DNA of 29,736 bases from an uncultured Anaerolineales bacterium (GTDB lineage Bacteria > Chloroflexota > Anaerolineae > Epilineales > JAANWY01). The translations under genes and the position numbers were made by a program. Positions within the stretch are counted from its first letter, which is position 1. Each line of letters begins with the position of its first letter. The notes beneath the pieces were generated by a model. The model did not search any database and was not told the origin of the DNA. It saw only the letters and a list, made by a program, of their open reading frames with translations. This document shows positions 15,864 to 23,543 of the stretch, piece after piece. The stretch is from the NCBI GenBank assembly GCA_964474265.1, contig CAYYSH010000002.1, positions 1-29,736 of the forward strand, written 5' to 3'.

Positions 15864-17731
15864 CAATGTCCAACGAGGCTCGACCGGGCTTTGCCTTCGG
15901 ACGACCGCCGGCCCCCGACTGGTCTGACTTCTTCGGGGCATTGGCAGAACACACCGACTACCAGGCACGGCTGGATGCGCTGCTGGAACTGACGGCCAGG
16001 GCCACCAAGCTGCCTGTGGTTGCCCTCTACCTGGCGGACAGCCCCGAAAGCCGGCCCCACCTGGTGCGCCTCCGCTTCCCCAAGCCGGCGCGAGCCACCT
16101 CGGCCGGTGCTGAAACGGGCTCCCGCGTCCCATTCCTGGGCGGTTCTCTGGGTCGCTGGAGACGTGAGACGTTGGACGCCGAGACTTTCGATGTGGACGA
16201 AGCCTTTTACTCCGACAGCGTCGTGTCCGTCAGCTCAGGAGTGCCCCTTGATTTGCCACGTGACGAGAGGTATACGACTTCATCCATTGTTGCGACCCCT
16301 GTCGGCGCGCTCTATTCTGTGCCGCTACACCGCCGGGGAGAGCAAATCGGGGTTGTGCAGGTCGGGCCTGTGTCTGAGCAGCCCGGCCGCCGGCTACGCA
16401 AGGCAATGGAGTCGATCGCTAGCCCGCTGGCCCACGCTGTTGCTCTGGCCCGTGAGCAGAGCCGGCTACAGGAGCAACTCGCGGAGTATGAGACCCGCGC
16501 CGATGTCAGCCGACAGATGCTGCGCTCCGCCTTCGAGCTGGACGAGTTTCTGCATCTGCTGCTCGAACTGGCGGTGAAGGCGAGCGGAACCCAGGCCGGC
16601 TTCATCGCGCTCGCCGACACTTCCGGGGCGATCCGGCTGCACACGGCTGTGGACCTGCCCGACGGACTGCTCGATGGCGTGGATCTCACCCCCGGTGCCG
16701 GCTTTCTGGAGTGGCTGGACGAGGCAGAGCGGGCCCTCTACGTCGCCGACTTTGCACGGGCAGCCGAACTCGGGATTCAGGTGATTCTGGCCGTTCCCCT
16801 GGCAGATGAAGAGCGCGTGCTGGGCGTGTTGGGTTTGATGAATCTGGAGGGAGGCCGGCCACCGGCTGAGCACAGCCTGAACCTGCTGGCCATCTTTGCC
16901 GAGCAGATTCAGTTGGTGTTGGGCAACGTGCGGCTGTTTGAGGCTTTTAACCGGCAGTTTGTGGACACCATTCACGCCCTGGCTCGGGCGCTGGATGCCC
17001 GCTACCCCTACAGCGAGGGCCACCACCGACGCGTCACCGACTGGGCCATGACCATCGGTCACGAGTTGGGGTTGAGTGAGGGCCAGTTGGAGGCTCTGTG
17101 GGTGGCCGGCATGGGACACGACGTGGGCATGTGCGGGATCGTGGAGGTCGAACACGGCTTCCAGGCCGACTTCCATCACCCTACCATCGGCGCTTCCATG
17201 TTCGACGTGCTCCCCAATGGCCAGGCCGCCAGCGAAATCGTGGCCACACATCATGAGTGGTTCGACGGCTGGGGCTTCCCGGCCGGCCTGAAAGGGGAGG
17301 AGATCCCAGTCGGCGGTCGAATCCTGGCGCTGGCAGAGTACATCGTAGAGAGCACGACGGCCGACTCCATCCAGACGGCCATGCCACCGTCGAAACTTTT
17401 CGAGGAGATCGAGATCCGGCGGGGCCGGCAGTTCGATCCAGCAGTGGTAGATGCCTGGCGTGCGGCCTTCGAGCGACAGCGCCGGGCGTCAGCGTTGGGC
17501 ACTCCATTTCGCCCCTGCCACACGTTCAAGGGTGAGCCCGAAGCCGCCTGTACCACCTGTCCGGCTCGCACGGTGGCCGCACCCTGCTGGACAATCCCGG
17601 ACGTGCGCTGCATTTACCACGGAGACCCAGATTGCAGGGGGTGTTTTGTCTATCTGGAAGCAGTTGAGCGAGCGACAGATGCGGGCACAGACGTGCCGGC
17701 GCCAGCCCCGCGGGGCGTAGAAGAGGTCTAG
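15860..17731 (+). CDS. GAF-GAF-HD-GYP-like (degenerate) protein with Cys-rich C-terminal motif
   Basis: Two GAF-like regions. EGHHRRV, GHDVG, HHPTIG, HHEWFDGWGFPAGLKGEEIP, QFDPAVV. ATGA overlap with the upstream stop. Confidence 0.85.
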   Translation: MTMSNEARPGFAFGRPPAPDWSDFFGALAEHTDYQARLDALLELTARATKLPVVALYLADSPESRPHLVRLRFPKPARATSAGAETGSRVPFLGGSLGRWRRETLDAETFDVDEAFYSDSVVSVSSGVPLDLPRDERYTTSSIVATPVGALYSVPLHRRGEQIGVVQVGPVSEQPGRRLRKAMESIASPLAHAVALAREQSRLQEQLAEYETRADVSRQMLRSAFELDEFLHLLLELAVKASGTQAGFIALADTSGAIRLHTAVDLPDGLLDGVDLTPGAGFLEWLDEAERALYVADFARAAELGIQVILAVPLADEERVLGVLGLMNLEGGRPPAEHSLNLLAIFAEQIQLVLGNVRLFEAFNRQFVDTIHALARALDARYPYSEGHHRRVTDWAMTIGHELGLSEGQLEALWVAGMGHDVGMCGIVEVEHGFQADFHHPTIGASMFDVLPNGQAASEIVATHHEWFDGWGFPAGLKGEEIPVGGRILALAEYIVESTTADSIQTAMPPSKLFEEIEIRRGRQFDPAVVDAWRAAFERQRRASALGTPFRPCHTFKGEPEAACTTCPARTVAAPCWTIPDVRCIYHGDPDCRGCFVYLEAVERATDAGTDVPAPAPRGVEEV

Positions 17732-17829
17732 AGATGGATGTTAGCTGAGGGATCACCTGGCCGGCCAGAGACCGGGTCGTTCCCCAATAATCTGCGTAGA
17801 GCCGACTTTCTGAAGTCAGGAGGTACACG

Positions 17830-18171
17830 ATGGAATATCAGATTCACACGGACGGTTCGATTAACATTGTAGAACTGGCCGGCGACCTGGACGTGAGCGG
17901 TGCGCCGGCCCTGCAAGAGGCCCTGCAACAGATCATCGACAACGGCGGGCAACAGGTCGTGGTAAACCTGGGAGAGGTTCCTTTCATGGATAGCTCCGGT
18001 TTGGGCGTACTTGTGGCCGCGTACCGCCGGATGGCGGCTGTTGGCGGCCAGATCGCCCTGGCCAGCCCGCGGCCGACTTTGCAGAAGGTCTTCAAGCTCA
18101 CGCGCACCGACCGACTGTTTAAGACATTCGATCAGGTCAATGACGCCGTCGCACACATGCGAGACATGTGA
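17830..18171 (+). CDS. STAS anti-sigma-factor antagonist (RsbV/SpoIIAA family) #2
   Basis: 113 aa with VNLGEVPFMDSSGL motif. AGGAGGT SD. Confidence 0.92.
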   Translation: MEYQIHTDGSINIVELAGDLDVSGAPALQEALQQIIDNGGQQVVVNLGEVPFMDSSGLGVLVAAYRRMAAVGGQIALASPRPTLQKVFKLTRTDRLFKTFDQVNDAVAHMRDM

Positions 18172-18207
18172 TGCGCTGAGCGTGACAGGTGCCTTGAGGA
18201 GGTTTCA

Positions 18208-18942
18208 ATGCAAGCTATCGTTCTGGCAGCCGGCAAAGGCAAACGGCTGCGTCCCATCACCGAGTGGGTGCCCAAACCGCTGCTGCCCATCAATGGCCGG
18301 CCCATCCTGGAGACGCTACTTACCAACCTGCGCCGGTCTGGCATCACGGAGGCCATCATCGTCTACGGTCATCTGGGTGACAGGCTACGTCAGTTTCTGG
18401 GCGACGGCTCGCGCTACGGCCTGAGGCTGATCTATCGCGAGCAGCGAGAGCGGCTGGGTACCGCTCACGCCGTGATGCAGGCGGCCGACGTCATGGCCAG
18501 AGACGAGGAGATCATGGTGCTGGCCGGCGACACCGCCTTCAGCTTCGATCACATCGATGGGTTGATTCGATTCCACCGGGCCTCTGGGGCCGATGTGAGC
18601 CTGAGCCTCAAGCGATTGCCAGTGGAGCGCCTGGCAGCAACCAGTTCAGTGGCCGTGGATGAGGCCGGCCGGATCACGCGGATTGTCGAGAAGCCGGCGC
18701 CCGACACGGCCCCCAGCGACATCGCTTGCGCACCGCTGCACATCTACCCGCCGGTGTTGCGCGACTACGTGGCAAATGTGCAACCGTCTGCCCGAGGTGA
18801 GTATGAACTGACCGACGCGATTGCCATGATGATCGAAGACGGATACCGGGTGCTGGGCCAGATCGCGCCAGAAGCGCCTAACCTGACCGATCAGCGCGAC
18901 TTGCTCAGGCTGAACTTCCCGTATCTGAGGGCGTGGCTGTAG
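18208..18942 (+). CDS. Sugar-phosphate nucleotidyltransferase (NTP_transferase family)
   Basis: AIVLAAGKGKRLRPIT..PKPLLPI, RLGTAHAV, LAGD, IVEKP, SARGEYELTDAI. Confidence 0.9.
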   Translation: MQAIVLAAGKGKRLRPITEWVPKPLLPINGRPILETLLTNLRRSGITEAIIVYGHLGDRLRQFLGDGSRYGLRLIYREQRERLGTAHAVMQAADVMARDEEIMVLAGDTAFSFDHIDGLIRFHRASGADVSLSLKRLPVERLAATSSVAVDEAGRITRIVEKPAPDTAPSDIACAPLHIYPPVLRDYVANVQPSARGEYELTDAIAMMIEDGYRVLGQIAPEAPNLTDQRDLLRLNFPYLRAWL

Positions 18943-18954
18943 TTAGAGCGAGCT

Positions 18955-20832
18955 ATGAGAGAGCGCATCTCCGTTCTCTTCGAGACAGAAGGCACCTACC
19001 CATTTGTTGGAGGGGGTGTTTCGACCTGGTGCAAAATCCTGGTGGAGGAATTGCCACAGATTGACTACCTCATTTTTGCCGTGACGGGGACCCCGCAGGT
19101 CAGGACCAAGTACCCGATTGATGACAAGGAGAACATCAAGCGGGTCATCCAGGTGCCGATGTGGGGGGCGGAAGAGCCGGCGGAGTGGATTCTGCCGTTT
19201 CGCGCGCCACCGCACATCCCTTTCTCCGAGCTTTTCTTGCGCAAAAAGGCAACCACAGAAGAGGTCATTCGCGAGAAATTCGTCCCCCTCTTCCGGCACT
19301 TCCTGCGCGGCTTCGAAGAGCCTGGCTCGGACGTGCTGGTGTATGGTCCCACCGTGTGGGCGATCTTCCGCTACTTTCAAGAGTACGATTACAACCTGAC
19401 CTTCAAATCCCGGCCTGTGTGGGAGGCATTCAAGGACGAGATGCTCCGCCCCTACCGAGAACACCCGGACCGTTTCCTGCCGAATGAATATCCGAACCTC
19501 TTCGACCTGACCACCTGCCTGCGTTGGTTATACAACATGCTCATGGCTTTCACTGCTCCGGTGCCAGAGACGGACGTCAGCCACGCGACCATTGCCGCTG
19601 CCTGCGGGCTGGCCAGCATCTACGCCAAATTCGAGTACGGTACCCCGTTTATCATCACTGACCATGGCGTGTACGCTCGCGAGCGCTACATCGCTGTCTC
19701 AGCCACCGATTTCACCTTCTTTTCTAAGCGGTTTCTGATCAACCTGGCTACCTTCGTGTCCAAGCTCAACTACGTCTACGCCGATCAACTGTCGCCGTGT
19801 GCCAACTTCAACCAACGTTGGGAGATACCGTTTGGCGGTGACCCAAGGCGGGTTGCCACAATTTACAACGGCGTCAATCCTGACGTATTCGTCCCCGGGC
19901 CGAAGCCAGAGGAATTCAGGAACTATCCCACCTGTGTCGCAGCGGCGCGCATCTTCCCGCTGAAGGATCTGATAACGATGATAAAGGGGGTGGCAGTAGC
20001 ACACAAAAGCATTCCTAACTTGAAGGTGATCGTCCACGGATCGCTGAAAGCAGATCCACCTTACGTGAAAAAGTGTCGCGATCTTGTCCGAGAACTGGGG
20101 CTGGGCCCCGGGACGGGTGATGAAACTGGTGACGATGGGGCTGAAGATATCGAAAGCTGGACTTTTCGCTTCGGTGGCTTTCACAATCAGCCCTCCAAGA
20201 TCTTCACCATCGGCGACATCAGCCTGCTCTCCAGCATCTCAGAAGGATTTCCCTTCACAGTGCTGGAAAGCATGTCATGCGGCACTCCGGTAGTGGGGAC
20301 AGACGTGGGGGGCGTTAAGGAGGCGCTGGAAGGTCACGGGGTGGTTGTACCGCCCCGCGACCCTGAAGCGTTTGGGGCCGGCATCGTTAAACTGTTGACT
20401 GACCACGATCTGCGCCAGCGGCTTTCCCGCAAGTGTCGGGAGACCATCCTGGCCAAGTTCACCACCTCCACTTCCGTGGACGGGTACCGGGAGAGCTACG
20501 AGAAATGGGCCGCGTACAAGCACGAGCACCTGGACGACATTCGCGCAGAGAATGCCAAAATCATCGCAGCCTGGGAAAGGGAAATCGAGGCCATTCGGCA
20601 GGAAGCGCCGGCCACCTCCCCAGACGACGATGCAGCGCTACTCCGGTCGAGCCCTGCGCCTGAAGGGCGACACACGATTCCGCCGTGGCGCGTGCTCCGT
20701 GAGTGGCACGGCATGCTTTGGCACCGTTTCCGCAACGGCGATGTGCGCGGGAACCACCGCGATCGCCACAACGGCAGCCTGGCAGCGCCCGACGTTGAAC
20801 ACAGCCGGCGGGGAGAGGGACATGACGGCTGA
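18955..20832 (+). CDS. pelF: PelF-like GT4 glycosyltransferase (DUF3492-type N-terminus) #2
   Basis: ETEGTYPFVGGGVSTWC, IITDHGVYARER, TIYNGV, ARIFPLKD and E-x7-E motif SISEGFPFTVLESM. Long C-terminal tail. Confidence 0.85.
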   Translation: MRERISVLFETEGTYPFVGGGVSTWCKILVEELPQIDYLIFAVTGTPQVRTKYPIDDKENIKRVIQVPMWGAEEPAEWILPFRAPPHIPFSELFLRKKATTEEVIREKFVPLFRHFLRGFEEPGSDVLVYGPTVWAIFRYFQEYDYNLTFKSRPVWEAFKDEMLRPYREHPDRFLPNEYPNLFDLTTCLRWLYNMLMAFTAPVPETDVSHATIAAACGLASIYAKFEYGTPFIITDHGVYARERYIAVSATDFTFFSKRFLINLATFVSKLNYVYADQLSPCANFNQRWEIPFGGDPRRVATIYNGVNPDVFVPGPKPEEFRNYPTCVAAARIFPLKDLITMIKGVAVAHKSIPNLKVIVHGSLKADPPYVKKCRDLVRELGLGPGTGDETGDDGAEDIESWTFRFGGFHNQPSKIFTIGDISLLSSISEGFPFTVLESMSCGTPVVGTDVGGVKEALEGHGVVVPPRDPEAFGAGIVKLLTDHDLRQRLSRKCRETILAKFTTSTSVDGYRESYEKWAAYKHEHLDDIRAENAKIIAAWEREIEAIRQEAPATSPDDDAALLRSSPAPEGRHTIPPWRVLREWHGMLWHRFRNGDVRGNHRDRHNGSLAAPDVEHSRRGEGHDG

Positions 20833-22621
20833 GCTTCTGGCAGAGCCGCGGACAGCGGGTGTTCAAGAAGTACCAGTGGATGAAGGACAAGCTGCTGGCG
20901 CTGTGGCGGAGGCCGGCGGGCCTCTGGGGGGCTTCGAGCCCCCGGCAGACCCGGCGTTCACCCCTGACCCGGAAATCCTCGACCCAGATCCACTAGCGGC
21001 GGATAAGGAAGAACTGGTGGACTTCATCCTGGAAACCTGCGGCAGCCCAGTCGATTTCTGGGCCGTAGCAGCAACGCTGGAAAGTCGGGGAATGCGCGAC
21101 GTAGATGCCGAAGAGAAGTTCGGCATCCAACCCCTGGTGCGGTGGGTTGAGCCCAAGTCGGGGTACGTGGTCAAGGGATCCATTATGGTCCTGGCCAAGG
21201 ACATTTATGCCCGCTGTCGGAAGCGCCTGGAGAGTCAGCCTCAGGAGGAAACCCGTGAACCTGAACTGGCCTGGTGGCATAAAATGGCGCGGTTCATCAA
21301 GTTTTACCTGCAGGGCACTCTCTTCGCCCTCCCCATGACCGGGCAGATTATCTCCGTTCTGGCCCTGCGCTACTCCCTCTGGGCCTTTCTCGAATTCACC
21401 GAGGAACGAGCGACGGTGGTTGCCATCGGGACTGTCATGAGCTTCATCGTCACCGGAGGATTCGTACAGGCCATCGGTCGCAAGGGCATGTCCTATTCGG
21501 AGGCAGGGAGCCATATTCTGGCCAAAGAGGTCTGTTATGGGCTGATTAAGCTGGGCACCGGCCTGGTCCTCGCGGTGGCGCTGGCTTTTTACCTGCTGAA
21601 CCTGATTATCCCCTTCTTCACGCAGGAGATGGTCTGGATCAGCCTGATGTACTTCGTGCTGCTGTCAGAGTTGTGGCTGTTCATTTCGATCCTGTATGTG
21701 CTGACGCAGCGTGCAGCCATCCTGTTGAGCACACTGGCCGGCGTGGGTATCGTGCACGTAGTGATGACCTACACCAACTGGGGCATTCACGCCGCTCACG
21801 GGTTGGGCCTGCTGGGCACCAACCTGATTGTTGGGCTCTACGGCTACCACCTGCTGGACAAGGCAGCCAAATCCGTCACAGGTGATCTGAAGGATGCACG
21901 ACTGCCGGCCTGGTCCATCCTGTACTACTCCTTACGACTCTACTTCCTTTATGGCATGTTCTACTTCGGCTATCTCTACCTGGATCGGCTCGTGGGATGG
22001 TCCGCTTCTGAGCAACCGCTGCCGTATATCATATGGTTCCGCACGCCGTATGAGTTGGGGATGGACTGGGCATTGATTTCGCTCATCTTTAGCATCGCGC
22101 TGCTTGAGTACACCATCAACGAGTTTGCCTCGATCATCATTCCGACCCAGAAGCGATTCAGCGCATTTGACATTGAAGGGCACAATCGGTATTTCACCCG
22201 CTTTTATGTGCGGCAACTCATTCTGCTAATCCTCATTGCTATCGCCAGCATCATCGCAACTTACCATGCGGTCACCTGGCTGCGGCGTTTCGAGGAAATC
22301 AAGCTGGTGCGGGACTTCTTCAAGAGCCCGATCACTTTCTTCGTCTACTGGACCGCCGCTGTGGGCTACAACCTGATGGTGATAGGGCTTTTCAATGGCG
22401 TTTTCTTCTTCTCGCTGTCGCGCCCGGTTCCGGTGCTGCGAGCGATTGTGCCGGCCACGGTGGTTAATGCCCTTGTCGGCTACGTGCTCAGTCGGACGAT
22501 CGGCTACCAGTATAGCGCAGTCGGCATGACCATCGGATCACTGGTCTTTGCGCTCCTGGCCACCCGAAACGCGCTACGCATGATGAGCAATCTGGATTAC
22601 TTCTACTACTCGGCGTATTAG
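20822..22621 (+). CDS. PelG-like polysaccharide exporter (multi-TM) with ~160-aa N-terminal soluble extension, 599 aa
   Basis: GGAGAGGG SD upstream of ATG 20822 (the track start at 20552 overlaps pelF#2 by 281 nt). About 12 hydrophobic segments and an aromatic C-terminus LDYFYYSAY. Directly follows a pelF-like gene. The PelG assignment rests on context and topology. Confidence 0.6.
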   Translation: MTAELLAEPRTAGVQEVPVDEGQAAGAVAEAGGPLGGFEPPADPAFTPDPEILDPDPLAADKEELVDFILETCGSPVDFWAVAATLESRGMRDVDAEEKFGIQPLVRWVEPKSGYVVKGSIMVLAKDIYARCRKRLESQPQEETREPELAWWHKMARFIKFYLQGTLFALPMTGQIISVLALRYSLWAFLEFTEERATVVAIGTVMSFIVTGGFVQAIGRKGMSYSEAGSHILAKEVCYGLIKLGTGLVLAVALAFYLLNLIIPFFTQEMVWISLMYFVLLSELWLFISILYVLTQRAAILLSTLAGVGIVHVVMTYTNWGIHAAHGLGLLGTNLIVGLYGYHLLDKAAKSVTGDLKDARLPAWSILYYSLRLYFLYGMFYFGYLYLDRLVGWSASEQPLPYIIWFRTPYELGMDWALISLIFSIALLEYTINEFASIIIPTQKRFSAFDIEGHNRYFTRFYVRQLILLILIAIASIIATYHAVTWLRRFEEIKLVRDFFKSPITFFVYWTAAVGYNLMVIGLFNGVFFFSLSRPVPVLRAIVPATVVNALVGYVLSRTIGYQYSAVGMTIGSLVFALLATRNALRMMSNLDYFYYSAY

Positions 22622-22651
22622 CCAGGACCACTCCTGAGGAGGCAATACCAC

Positions 22652-23476
22652 ATGCTGCAACAAAGGACAATCGATAACGACCCGGCATTTGAGTCGCTGT
22701 TACGCAAGATACGCCGCGAGCGCGGACTGGATTGCAATCAGTACAAGTCTGCCTTCTTGCAGCGCCGGCTGGCAGTGCGTCTGCGCGCGCGAGGCGTAAA
22801 ATCGTATCGGGCATACACCCGCCTGCTTGATGATGAGGAGTATGATCAACTGTTTGATGCGTTGACCATCAACTTGACCCACTTTTTCCGGGATGCGACC
22901 ACGTTCGTCGCTCTACGAGATCGGGTACTGCGGCCCATGCTGAGTCTCAAGGCACAACAGGGCCGGCGGCAATTCCGGGCATGGAGCGCCGGCTGCGCCA
23001 GCGGGGAGGAGCCTTACTCCCTGGCCATTCTCCTGCACCAGATGCTGGGCGCCCAGATTGAAGAATGGCAAATCCGCATCCTGGCAACAGACCTGGATCA
23101 ACGGAGGCTGGAACAGGCACAGGCCGGCGTCTACGGCCCCTTCAGCTTCCGCGGGACGCAATGGCCGGACATGGATCGTTTTTTCGTGACAACCAGGGAT
23201 GGACACACCGTTGTTCCTCAGGTCAAGCGCCTCGTTCGCTTCCGCCGGCACGACCTCATCGGTGAAGAGCCACCTGGTCGGTTTGACCTGATCTTGTGTC
23301 GCAATGTCCTGATCTATTTTACACGACTGCAGCAAGTGCGGCTGTGCCGTGCTTTCCACAGCGCTCTGATGCCCGATGGCGTCCTCGTTCTGGGCAAGAC
23401 GGAGATATTGCCGGGGGAGGTCGCCGGTCTGTTCGAACCCGTCGATCTGCGAGAGCATATCTATCGCAGCCAATAA
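22652..23476 (+). CDS. cheR: Chemotaxis protein methyltransferase CheR
   Basis: LTINLTHFFRD, RAWSAGCASGEEPYSLA, ILATDLD, FDLILCRNVLIYF, LVLGKTE. Confidence 0.95.
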   Translation: MLQQRTIDNDPAFESLLRKIRRERGLDCNQYKSAFLQRRLAVRLRARGVKSYRAYTRLLDDEEYDQLFDALTINLTHFFRDATTFVALRDRVLRPMLSLKAQQGRRQFRAWSAGCASGEEPYSLAILLHQMLGAQIEEWQIRILATDLDQRRLEQAQAGVYGPFSFRGTQWPDMDRFFVTTRDGHTVVPQVKRLVRFRRHDLIGEEPPGRFDLILCRNVLIYFTRLQQVRLCRAFHSALMPDGVLVLGKTEILPGEVAGLFEPVDLREHIYRSQ

Positions 23477-23543
23477 TGCGTGGTCAGGTGCTAAGCGCGA
23501 GCATGTAAGGAACGGCACCTGACTGGCGTGGAGGAGAGAAACT

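Noticed and set aside
17804-17817. GACTT-TCTG-AAGTC palindrome before the STAS#2 SD
   Set aside because: A 5-bp stem is within chance expectation and is not repeated elsewhere that I could see.
20552-20821. N-terminal 90 codons of the track's 689-aa ORF
   Set aside because: They lie inside pelF#2 and look like off-frame sequence; the SD-supported ATG is at 20822.
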